Both the position numbers and the translations under genes were made by a program. A stretch of 62,120 bases of DNA, filler included, from Choristocarpus tenellus KU-1152 (lineage: Eukaryota > Protista > Phaeophyceae): NCBI GenBank assembly GCA_964200185.2. It is 8 parts of 8 records of this genome, joined end to end, with 100 filler letters (N's around TTAATTAATTAA, not from the genome) between each part and the next. Parts side by side here need not be neighbours in the genome. Positions count along the whole stretch, not along the records: positions 37,736 to 44,222 come from CAXNAD020008024.1; positions 44,323 to 49,192 come from CAXNAD020012718.1; positions 49,293 to 59,120 come from CAXNAD020003359.1; 5 more parts are not named here. One strand, given 5' to 3'. The notes under the pieces are model-generated. The model was not told the DNA's origin, searched no databases, and saw only the letters and a list, made by a program, of their open reading frames with translations. Positions 37,781 to 49,543 of the stretch are shown piece after piece; within the stretch, counting starts at the first letter, position 1; each line of letters starts with the position of its first letter.

Positions 37781-40700
37781 TCGCTCCGTGACGGCCTGCT
37801 GAACAATGGCACGGTGATGAAAATGGAAAATATCCCTGCAGGGTTCTTCCACAACCTCATCATCAGTCGCTTTGATGCTCTGGAGCCAATTGAGCAGACA
37901 GTGCTCAAAGCTGCTACTGGTAAGTCTTAGTTTCTCAGTCCCTATATTATGAGGTTGATATGCTGATTGATGCTGGCAGCTAATAATCAGGCCTCACTCC
38001 CACAGCCCACTATTGTTTTTTGCCCAACTCATGTGTCTTCTTGAAGAGAAATACCCGTCTCTTGAGCACAAGAACCTTTGAATTTGAAGAAGTCTCTCAA
38101 GGATCCAGGACAAATACAAACTAGTGTACGAATTTATTGAGACAATACCAAACTGTTAGAACTATTGCAAGCTCAACACTGCTAGTGACTCCAAACCTTG
38201 AGAGTGATGATAAAATCGATGCAGACCTACAAGTGATTTCGAACTAAATCTGGCACAAGGCCAGATTGAGCACAATTGTCAAACTACTTGAATCCTACAT
38301 CCATTGTACCATTTTCTAACCACCTCACTCATGCCCCATACGTTTCCAACCGTTCCAGTGATCGGCACAACATTCTCCATGAAGCTTCTCCTACATATGC
38401 TACCGCAAACCATTGGGAACAAAAGGGGTGGCTTGCACACCGCTCTGTTGAAGCTAATTGAGGCAAACTTCATATCACGCACTGTTGTTGGCAAGACCGA
38501 GAGATTCAGTTTTGTTCATTCTTCTATTCAGGAGGTGAGTGGTGGTACATCATCCTGTCAAGTCTATGGTCACCGCATCAATCCCCAACATGAATATATA
38601 TATATATATTATACAATATTTTTTGCATCATAGCTGGTAGATGTGATTGAAAAAGGTAGCCAAAATTTTACTATCACCTTGATCCAACCAAACGTTTGCA
38701 TGCATGTGATATTGAGAGTTACGACACCCAGTAGAACAAAGTGTGTTTTGGGTACGATTTAAAGCTCAGAGTAGGTCTGTTACATACTCCACAGCACCTA
38801 CTTTACAGCATTTGCATCAGTTTATGAGTAGGGGTGTTCGTTGTGAGATGTAACATATACGGTTGTAAATATTATTTCTCGTTTTTGATGCATGAGTTAT
38901 CATTATTGCTATTATTAGTATTTGATATTAGTAGCCACAGCAGCAGCAGCAGTGGCAGCAACAGTGGTAGTGGTGTTACTCGTAATGCGACATAATTGAT
39001 GCAATATCTTAAAACAGACAGGCTTTACCTTCGTAGCCGCCCTGATGGAGAATCTGATTTCTGCTACTGATACCAGCAGACAATATACAAGATGATGCTT
39101 ACCGATCACAAGCAGAATTTGCACCAGATATGTGCCGCATGGTATGAAAAACACTACAAGAATAGCACGACATACACAAGCCTCATCATGCACCACTGGC
39201 TGTACTCCAACAACATCGCAAAGAAGGTTTGACTTGGCTCGCTCAAGCTACATCCCAAACCTATTATTGTACCTCCTTTAAGGCGGGGAGATGTAGCGTT
39301 TCATACATATGCTGAGGGGCGTTCTGCGACAATATGCCAATTGGTGGGAAAGAAACTTCATGCTTTGAAGTTGAAGAACTCTTGGAGCATTTTGTTCTTA
39401 AATTTAGAAGGTACGAGAGTAAATGTATCTTAGAGGGTAGGGTCGTGTCCATTTGGGGGTCAAAATCCATGTAATTTTGGTTTGGAAGTGTCAATATCCT
39501 TGTTCCAGACACACCTTTTTATTATGCATAAATTTTTCCTACTCCGAAACATTTCAGCATAGGAAAATGTCATAATAAAACCCGTGGGAAGCCAAGCCCC
39601 AAACGGACAAACAGTGCAAAGCACGTGCCCCCTAAGATACTTCACTCCGACGATCTTCACATATGAAAGCGCCCCAGTATTTTCAAGATCTTACTCTTTG
39701 CGGGGAGGTAGACAAAATGATGTTGAGCAATTTACCTGGCGAGGAATTCAAGTATATCAACTTAAATCCTCTCCATTGCTTGTATTTCAAACTAGCATCC
39801 ACCATGTTCTTCATTGAATGTGTTTGTTCTGCCTAAATGATAGACAATATGGTGCAGATTGCGCTTGAACAACGTAGAAGTTCATAGGGGTTTCTTTCGC
39901 CCTGTGGAGTAACATGTTCTCTACATCTGTGTATCATTCTGAGCTTGTCATGTACGGAGTACTTAGTTGCTTTCATACTTCAGGATCATTACATCTGGAC
40001 AAATGCTAGGATTGCACTTCCCATCGATCTTGTGATTGCAATATATGCTCATGCATCGCAACCATAAACATGTTGTCATCAGGTTCAATACCTCATTCAA
40101 GCAACTGAAAAGGTCAAAGATGCACTGGCCAATGAAGATGTAAGCGAGTAGTGTTGGAATCTGTATATTTAACAGTGGGGAAAAAAACACATAATAATGA
40201 CATCATGGTGTACCAGTCTGAAATCTTCTGGAAAGGGCAGAGGCAATATGCATTTTGAAATGCTTTGGGAGCACACATATATCACACACAGCGCATATAG
40301 GACGAAATATATAAAGGAAAATAAAACTTACACGTGTCTGTTGTCTTAGGCAGTCCTGGTGCTGTTTGGCATAGGGTTCTTTAAGCAAAGTGATCCAACC
40401 CAGCAAGTGTTGGGATCAATTGCCACGGGACACAATTACAAAATACGGCTGGGTGTGCGAGATAGCTCAACATCCCACACATTCCATGTGTGCAGTGCTT
40501 GCTTGCAACATTTACCGTAGCATACAAAAAGTAAAACCTGCCTAGAATCAGGCATGAAATGCCGAACACAGCTTCCCACAAAGATCCGTCCTCCCCTCTA
40601 TCTGCCGCACAGGAACTTAGTGCCGTTTGAAAGATGACACATCCACATGTTAGGTATCCATTTGTCGTTTGGGTTGCAGACAAAAACAAACTGAACACAC

Positions 40701-43695
40701 TACAAGAGGGTAGGCTTAGGACTTGGGTTAGATTAAATTTGGCATTGACAGCGAAATGCTCCACCAAATGATGCAAGTTGTGCTACCTGAATCTTTGTCC
40801 AGGTGATCAAGCACCAACAGGCCCTCATAGCAACAGCCTTTGGCAAGGACCTTTCAACAGCATCACCCATGTCACTCAAGGTGTACTGGGATCCAGCACA
40901 AGATACCACAGCCTCCAGGCACAACAAGGTGTGCAAGGTAGGCTTGGAAAAGCATGAAAGACCTCTGTTGCCTGATCAGGGAAATTTTAATTATGTGTTA
41001 CCAAAACTATAGACTCCCGGAGTTTGGAATCAGAAAGCAGCACACTGGGCAAGCTGACTGACCGTCCCAAGAGGGACCATGAGCTGCTGGTGTTGAAGAT
41101 ATTGAAGCAATTGAACTTTCAGCGACTGACATAAACAGAACTTGGCCAACTCATGACTGGAGCGTAATATTAGAACTATCGCTGATTGTACTATAGTATC
41201 TGTGGTTGCTGCACCAACATTTTATGCATTTGAGAGTAGAAAAATATCTTTGGTGAAACTATATATCAGGAATAAGTTAGGGTTAGGAGCGTGATAAAAA
41301 AACCCCACCTGGTTCAGCTTTGTATTACGGGGAAAGAAATGGGCGTTGAAAGAATTAAGTGGAGTGGGGTAGAGCACTATCTGAATGTTTCTCTCTGAGC
41401 AAGTTCCGCAGGGCACTTCTTCCAGAATGGTCAATCTCCTGAATATGCTCTTTGCTTTCCTCTCATCTCCCAGTTGGCAATTTTCCTCAGCATCAATGCT
41501 GCAAGAGAATGGGCTGCAAAGAGCAATGAGACAGCATTCTAAAATACGTAAAACACAGATGTTGTTTTATAATACACTGAGAACAGATTACTCAAGTACC
41601 CCATATACTCCAACTACTAATATGTATATAGGACTAAACTGTCTTACAATCAACTTTATAATGCGTCTTAACCCCAACTGCTGGTTATCCCAAGTATCTC
41701 CTTTTGTTCTCACCATTTCCCATGCTCATTTTCCCGAGTACCTACCATTCCACCAATCCAAAATTGATTAACCATTGGAAGGGGGGAGGAGCCCCAAATC
41801 TAGCGGTGAGGATTAAGTTGAATACTACTTATTGATTAACTGATTGACTAAAGCCTCTCCCCACTTGCACTTTGATCTACAAAACACGGTCTTCAATCAA
41901 CCAGGTTATCGAAACTGCAACCTTGACATAAAACAAGGAGTCCACTACTGTTGAAATTATATACTAATCCTTGGGATACAATATTCACTTGCAACCTATT
42001 GCAGGCCAGCTATGAAGTAGGTTCAGTCCTTGGGGCTAAGGGAACGGCGGTTGCAGTACAAAGCAACTCCCTGAAGTGAACAGCGGCTAAATTATTTATA
42101 GCTACTCGCACCATTCTTTTGCCAGCCAAAAACTATTTTTCAATCCGTTAACTTCCGATTTTTTTTCGTGCAGAAACGTTCGATTTCCTTGATTGGTAAC
42201 CCAATAAGCTGTTCTGATAGGACCATATCTAGTTGTGACAGAGGATCAAGAGATTTGATTTTTTACTGATGACTTCATTGCCCAGGGGAAAAAGCGGACA
42301 GCAAGTGTCGCATAGAGTACTTATTAGGGTATCAACTACGCTTAAGTAGAATTGTCAGGCTTCTCAAATAATTTCTATATATATCCCCTATGTGCGCATT
42401 TCTTAAAGGTTCAGCGCTGGCTGTGGTCAGAGGATATTGTCGTGTGCGAAGACTATACTGACCAGCTCTTCACTCACGAGATGGTTGGCTCGTGGATTGG
42501 AGACACTGGGCTTGCTTACCTAAGACTTGGTAAGCTACTGCAGGCGCACAAGCACCTTCAGGTATGTAGACGGGAAGGAAGGGTCAAATGCATTCCCTTA
42601 GGACAGGGGAAGTTGTGTGGACATCAGACTCAAAGTATCTGAGGGGGGGTGGCGGCTGTCCATTCGGGGCCCATTTTTCCATGTTGCCATTCTTTGGTGA
42701 ATTTGGTTGCATGCATCGGATTATTAATGTAAGTGCACTTCCCTTGGTCAGGACCCAAATGGACACCCTGGTGTGGACCCCCCCCCCCCCCCCCCCCGGA
42801 TACTTTGAGCCTCAAAACATTTCCTTTATATCATGAGGGGTAACCCATTTTATCAATGTATCGCATGTACTTACCATAGTGTCCTTATTGGAAAGATAAT
42901 CGGATTCACACGAAGACACTGCGTGTGGAATTAGGAAGAATAATTCTTGTACAAGTCTCCATGAACCAGTCATTAGATTGGACAGTGGGCAAGTGAAGGC
43001 TGGGTTTGTGTTTGAAGTACTTCTAATTTCTGCTTTGAAGTATGAGCTTGGTGGGGAAATGGATATTTGCATGGTGAGAGCATCTTATTGGTCCATTGCA
43101 ATGCATATGTGTCATTCTAACCGCAAGAATATTGCTCTTCATTTATGCCCCTCAACCCTTCAACATGTTCTAGAACTAACTGTGTTTTGTCTTACTATGA
43201 CCCATGTGTTTGACCAGGTAACAATCTACTAGCTCAGTGATAAAGCACTTGGTAGATAACAGCACTACATCAAATGGTACTTGGGAGTGTTTCAAGTGTT
43301 GACAGACTTCTTAAGGCAAACATAGAACGGAAAGCACATTGGAGTATTTTCTGTTCATGACCTATGCACGCAATTTCACAAGACACAAAATTTCGGAATA
43401 GGGACTATAGTCTGTAGATGCTAAGCCCAACCAAGAACTACTGTGCATTTCAATAATATTTTGTTGGTGGCACTGGAGCTTGTACTATGGGTCGATTGAT
43501 ATTACCCCTTCTTCTAAAATGTCTTCTATCTTCTAGGAGTCCCTTGCCTACATGGGGTTCTACCCTGTGCCTGCAGGAGGTCTCCAGCGTTACATTTGCC
43601 TTGCCAAGGAGGCACTGCGCCCCCCACACAGAGAGATAGAAGATGTTCTTATGGGCGTGGAGCTGTACGAAGCTATTGCCAACATATGTGTCAAG
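37781..43695 (+). CDS. ADCY10 (soluble adenylate cyclase)-like / STAND-type protein: post-NTPase winged-helix + TPR region (partial)
   Basis: Exons 37781-37919, 38359-38534, 39080-39226, 40083-40139, 40803-40928 (or 40937), 42409-42561, 43537-43695 give IPAGFFHNLIISRFDALEPIEQTVLKAAT|VIGTTFSMKLL...FSFVHSSIQE|TIYKMML...LHQICAAWYE...LIMHHW...|VQYLIQA...ANED|VIKHQQAL...TGLAYLRLGKLLQAHKHLQ|ESLAYMG. The cyclase domain itself is not in this contig. Confidence 0.82.
39417..39647 (-). mobile_element. MITE family A, intronic, small internal deletion
   Basis: Reverse complement of the family consensus with both TIRs; flanks CGA/CGA. Confidence 0.9.
42627..42811 (-). mobile_element. MITE family B, full copy, intronic
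   Basis: GACTCAAAGTATCT-G-rich...polyC-GGATACTTTGAGCC; flanks TCA/TCA; reverse-complement homologue of 5409-5589. Confidence 0.9.
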
Positions 43696-44322
43696 GCAAG
43701 ATACAAATGACTTTATATCTGTCGCCTCTTGCCTGAACTAGGTCTCTTTGCTTCATTCTCTCATCCCTTCGGTTTCACCATGAATCCTTCACTAATCCCT
43801 TGGCTTCCACGATCAAGCATATGTTCCTCCTTTCCCCTTAAGTCTACATATCAACATCTGGCCCTGACATTTCTTTTTCCCTCATCACTTCAACGGGGAC
43901 CAGCAACTCTCCAAATACCTTCACCCAGCGGAATGACAGGGGGCAAGCTCTACTCATCAGCATTGCCTAGAGTACTCTACCTGCCCAGTATACCTATCAT
44001 GTCCCACCAACAGACATTTCACCATGCCACGCCGCATATCAGACCTGCAACAGGAAAAACCTGGCATTTGTAAATCACCTGGTCAGGCTAATTTTGGAAG
44101 GCATGACTGGGATGCAGAATTCTCCTCAGGCAATTCGACAGATGGCCCACAGTGCGCTGGAGGTAAGCAGCCCTTCAATGCTCTACCATGCAACAGGCAT
44201 ACAGACATACATATACGCACACNNNNNNNNNNNNNNNNNNNNNNNNNNNNNNNNNNNNNNNNNNNNTTAATTAATTAANNNNNNNNNNNNNNNNNNNNNN
44301 NNNNNNNNNNNNNNNNNNNNNN

Positions 44323-44341
44323 CCCCCAGATACTTTGACCC
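44323..44341. mobile_element. MITE family B TIR at contig start
   Basis: CCCCCAGATACTTTGACCC. Confidence 0.7.
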
Positions 44342-46042
44342 TAATGGGCAACAGTACCATCTAAGAGAGGGGTGTAATTGAGCTATAAAACCCCCTAACC
44401 CTAAAAGGCTCCATTGTGGTACACGTGTCTTGAACGCTATGAAAGGCGTTATAGGGTAAAAAAAACTATTCATAGCTAAACATCTTCTTCTAAAGCGACA
44501 CCCTCCCAAGGAGTTCACTGCATTTCATGCATGGGCATGGTCTAAATCACACAAGGTCCAAAAAAGCCTTGAAACTCAAGATGGAAAAAATTACACCCCA
44601 GTCTCTAGATGGTTGCACCCTATCTCTAATATTAATGCTCCTAACTCTCAACACACACACACCTCACCTCAATATCTTCCACACAGTAGCATACCCCATC
44701 TCATGTCCTATCAACCCCCCCTCCGGTACAGCCCCAATAGCAATCCTTGCCAAAGACCTCACCACAGGAAACTTACAGTCCAATTCCAACCACAACACCA
44801 TCAGTCACAGGTTGCCATAGAGCGGACCAGCATAGCCCCAGGGCATCACACACATAATGCACAGGACAAGCAACATTTGGTTAGGGTTAGGCATGTTACA
44901 ACCAGAAAAATAAACATCGGCGTCGTGTTTCAACATAGTGTTTTATACAATTGATTACAAAAGGTTAATACACATTTTGTAAGATTTCTCCCTGTCCCAA
45001 TGGTCAATTTTACCTTGGCTCTACATGTCCTCCACCAAAAATGTCCTTAACTATCAACGTCCTTAACCATCAATATCAACTCTCTATCACGCAATGAACA
45101 CCTCAGTACTCAATGAACTACTTAAATTCTTATTATTATTGAAATCGACACTCAATGAATGATTGACACTTCACAACACCTAAACACACGTGCTTTACCT
45201 TTACCCTAACCCTAACCCTAACCCTAACCCCATACAGATCTGACCTACCCTTTGATTGGCATTCCTAGATCCCTCTCGCCCCTGAGACTTGTTGAGACTG
45301 CGAATGACATCTGCGTGAGAAGCCTGAAGAGGTGGAAGATTCGACTGCCGAATGGCACCATTTGGAGCAGCCAATACCAACGCCTGCCAAGATGGACGAG
45401 AATGTGAATAGGGAGTGCATTAAACTGTCAGGGAAAACGCTATAATCAATTACTATTATTTCTTATAGATAAAAAGGTACGCTGCACACATGATCCAAGA
45501 AGAAAAAAAGTGATGGGAAGGAACCAGATAAGTAGAGGGACAAGGTGAGGATATGAGTAACCTCCCACGACATAAAAAATGAAGTTACATGTCATAGACA
45601 TAATGGACAGTCCCATCTTCGTGAACAAAGCAATCAACACTCATTTCTCCTCCAAGAGCAAAAAACCATACTCCAGTAGGTAGGGATTTCCAGTGATGTA
45701 ACGCTTCTCATATTGAATACTTTTTCTTGGTAGGTGAAGGGTGAACTAAATATGCAATAATCGCTACTGTCCTGAGTTCAAACCCTGTCATGGCTGCACA
45801 TTATAAAAAGTAGTGTCACACGGTCAGGATACACAACCCACACCCTTGTACCTAACCTACTGAGAAACACAATCCTTTGTAAGGGGGATAGCATAACCTT
45901 TGAACGAAATCTAACCCTAACCCTAACAGCTTGCGAACATCCGGAATATCTATTGTTGAAACTCTTATAAACCATTGAGCTAACTGAAAGCATTCAGCGC
46001 TGACTACATTTTGGCATCTCAGGGGTACACTGAAACTTCAAC

Positions 46043-46201
46043 ACTTGTCCAACTCCTTCTAAAAAAGACCCTCATTATCATGGTAGAGGTAGTAATAGTA
46101 TGGTTATTAATAGTAATAGTATTTACTTACTTGTCCAACTCCTTCTACACAAGACCCTCATTATCATGGTAGAGGTATTAATAGTATAGTTATCAATAGT
46201 A
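46043..46201 (+). repeat. Tandem duplication, 86-bp period, 2 copies
   Basis: ACTTGTCCAACTCCTTCTA...AAGACCCTCATTATCATGGTAGAGGTA starts at 46043 and 46129. Confidence 0.9.
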
Positions 46202-46572
46202 CTTTCTTCCCACTGCCCTTGCAAATGAAAAACCACATGAAATACAACAGCACCAAGTCCAAGAAATGTTCAAAGATCTTCCATGACGTAACTTATAGCC
46301 CATCTCAACATTTAAAACTCGGATTATTCAGTGAGCAACAGCATCATCAACATAGATTGAGCATGCCCTCAACGAAGCTTCTTCACACTGTCAAAGAGAG
46401 TGCACAGGAGGATGCCAAGATTAGGTGCAAGGGTGTGCTGCGTCATGCGCTTTCTTGTGGGGTTCATTTCGAGGTCATCTCGTAGGTGACGGATATTGAT
46501 GAGTATTGATGGATATTGACGAATGTTGGTTGAGGTATACTGATGTTGATTGATACCTTCTTCCCACCGCAT

Positions 46573-46764
46573 ACCACAGTAGTACCAAAGTAGTACCACA
46601 GTAGTACCACAGTAGTACCAAATTAGTACCACAGTAATACCACAGTAGTACCACAGTAGTACCGTAGTAGTACCACAGTAGTACCACAGTAGTACCAAAT
46701 TAGTACCACAGCAATACCACAGTAGTACCACAGTAGTACCACAGTAGTACCACAGTAGTACCAC
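46573..46764 (+). repeat. 11-bp minisatellite (ACCACAGTAGT)x17.5
   Basis: Read directly; it explains the spurious VVLLWYYCGTT ORFs. Confidence 0.95.
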
Positions 46765-47281
46765 TGTACTGTCAACACCCATAACCTTCCTCTTGGGTCT
46801 TGTAGCCCTTCCAAAGCCTCGGGATGGTCTAGGTATTGCTCTCAAGTATCTCGACAGCTCGATTGACATGACATGCATCAAGGACCATTCTCGCCAGCCC
46901 CACGATGCCCATTGTTTCAACCAGTGTTAGGTTCTTTCGTTCTTTTGATAGCCTTTGATAGCCTCTGATAGCCTCTGACATCGTTTGAGCGATTGGGTGT
47001 GCCTAGTGTGTGACTGGAAGGGCTCTGACTCTGACCAGGGACTTCAAATTGAGGTCTTGGTTTCACACTTCTTTGCTATCCTCTAACCCTAACCCTAACC
47101 CTAACCCTAACCCCAAACCACACTTGAATGCGATATTTTAACTGCCCAATCAGAGTCCGCACTTCACGATGGAAAACTTGGTTTGAAAAAATTGATTGAA
47201 GGGAGTGAGAGTTACATGCTAAAACATCCAAACCTCCGTTATATTTCCAAACAGAGGAAGCAAAATTTCTTTCCTACATTC

Positions 47282-47400
47282 AATTTCTATTTTAATCATT
47301 TTCTTTTCCCCCCCCCAAAAAAAAAAAAAAAAATTTTTTTCCTAAATAAAATTTCTATTTAATTCTTTTTCTTTTCCCCCCCCCACAAAAAAAAAAAAAA
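47282..47400 (+). repeat. Low-complexity tandem duplication (~68-bp period)
   Basis: AATTTCTATTT(T)AAT..TTTTCTTTT-polyC-polyA occurs twice. Confidence 0.8.
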
Positions 47401-49297
47401 GATAAAAAGGAAAGAGCTATGTCATACTGCACCATTACATGTACCAAGAACATAAGATAGAGATAGGGTTCATTTCATTTTGAGGTCAGAGGCGGCAAAA
47501 AAGCAACTTAAAACGCTTCCATGGTGGTGACACCCAGTATGGACAAGCGCAACAGTCAGAATACATCAAACTTGATCTGACTCAGTCATGTATTGCAGCA
47601 AAGCACACAAAGCCAGCAGCAGCTGATGATGAAGACACACTCCACAGACATGCAACAGAGAGAAACACAAAGACAACATGAGACTGAATGTGTACAACAA
47701 GACGTCAGGAGTTGGGACTAGTATGTGCCATCACACCTTTTTAATCAGGGTAAAAAATAAATTAATAATGTGATGGAGCCTACCACTTTCACCCCTTGTG
47801 AATGTACTGTTGCTAACCCTAACCCTAACCCTAACCCTAAAAAACAATACTCGCTAAAAAAAAAGGCAGCAAAATTCTTCTTAAATTGTCGTGTTAACTT
47901 CTTTAACTATTCAGTGAAAAATAAATATATTTTAAAAAAGGAACAGCCCTTAATAAAGAGCAGCTACGTGGCTGTGCTGAGGACGACAGCTCACACCACA
48001 TGGCTATGGGGCATGCATGAATGACTGGTTCGGTCACTCATGACAGACTCATACCATATTGTACAAAAGTAGCCATCAATAGCATGATGTCTAATCCTGA
48101 CCCTAACCCTAACCCTAACCCTAACCCTAACCCTAACAATTCTATACATGAAACAAAAAAAAGAATCAAGAACATTCACACCAACATGCCATCACACCAA
48201 AGGAGGACCCTAACCCTAAATCAATAACTAAAAAATGAAAACACAGTAAGAGTAAGATGGATACCCCTAACCCTAACCCTAACCCTAACCCTAACCCTAA
48301 CCCTAGCAAATGCCAGCACCGTGCATAAAGCCACATTTCTTCATTATCAGTTCAGCTCTTGTAGGACCCCTCTAGTATATTTTGGGACCAAACTGGACTG
48401 GTTCGTTCATGATGGATTTCAACGCCATCAGTACCATTACCAAACCTGGATCAGTTCATAATAAAGTTTAGATTCGAGTTTAGATTCGTATTCATATCCA
48501 GACTAACCTAAACCGTATGGAAGGGGATGAATGTAGTACCATACAAGCCCCAAAAGAACAGAATTTTTTTTCACCAAATATGTTACAAATAAAATAATAT
48601 GTCCAAAACAATGCAATACGTTCACCCAACTATTTCTCATTAAAATTAAACATTGCCAGTTAGAAAAGGTTTTGGAAAATGATACTGCCAAATGGCAGAA
48701 AAAAAGGTATTTTTCTTACATAAAAACAGTCCTCTCGGGACAGAGTGTGCGTAACCCTAACCCTAAAACACAACAAACAGAGAATACCCCACACACAAGT
48801 AAAACCATTATAACATCCACAATGGGAGATACACAGGAAAAGCGTCAACTTCTTTCAATTCATCTCTGTCGGCATTGCACAGATAGACTTCTCAAAAACA
48901 GCAAACAATCTCAAATGTCACTGCTTCCACGTAAATAATAATAATAATAATGATAATAATAATAATATGATAGAACTAACCACTATCAACAAAAACAACC
49001 ATGTACACTATTCACACACACCTCACCTCCCTACATCCATCACAAAAAAAACAACTTTTTCAAATCCACTTCACAAAAACAAAAAAAATGTCCCAAAACT
49101 CCCCAACCCTAGCCCCCCACCCAATACATGAAGCACGCCTCCCAATCCCTCAACAAAACTCACCTGCTCTTGACTTACATCCCTGCCCCCCCNNNNNNNN
49201 NNNNNNNNNNNNNNNNNNNNNNNNNNNNNNNNNNNNTTAATTAATTAANNNNNNNNNNNNNNNNNNNNNNNNNNNNNNNNNNNNNNNNNNNNGGGTA

Positions 49298-49543
49298 ACT
49301 GGAAATCAGTGGCAAAGGGGGTTTGCCCTGGTTGGTCATCAGATGGGGGGGTGACTGGAAATCAGTGACGAACGGGGTTCGTCCTGGTTGGCCATTAGAG
49401 GTGGGGGGTGACTGGAAAGCAGTGGCGAACGGGGTTTGCCCTGGTTGGTCATCAGAGGTGGGTGTTGGCTGGAAATCAGTGGTGAAAGGGGTTTGCATTG
49501 GTTGCCCATTGCAAAGGAGGGGGAGGACAGGAAATCAGTGGCG
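49298..49543 (+). repeat. 57-bp minisatellite, ~4.3 copies, next to (GGGTTA)n at 49578-49595
   Basis: Units start at 49298, 49354, 49411, 49468, 49527 (ACTGGAAATCAGTGG...GGGGTTTGCCCTGGTTGG...). Confidence 0.9.

Larger units (their letters stand above)
45203..48765 (-). repeat. Cluster of short interstitial telomeric arrays (CCCTAA)n
   Basis: Arrays at 45203-45230, 45911-45927, 47083-47113, 47813-47839, 48100-48137, 48207-48219, 48264-48305, 48752-48765, all in the same orientation. Confidence 0.9.

Noticed and set aside
46369-46920. ORFs with VVLLWYYCGTT repeats; CRISPR-like periodicity
   Set aside because: Translation of an 11-bp minisatellite; no unique spacers and no cas genes.
46785-46925. 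IQ-motif-like frame (T*TIPRLWKGYKTQ) on the minus strand
   Set aside because: Internal stop, single short motif, and no in-phase neighbouring exons.
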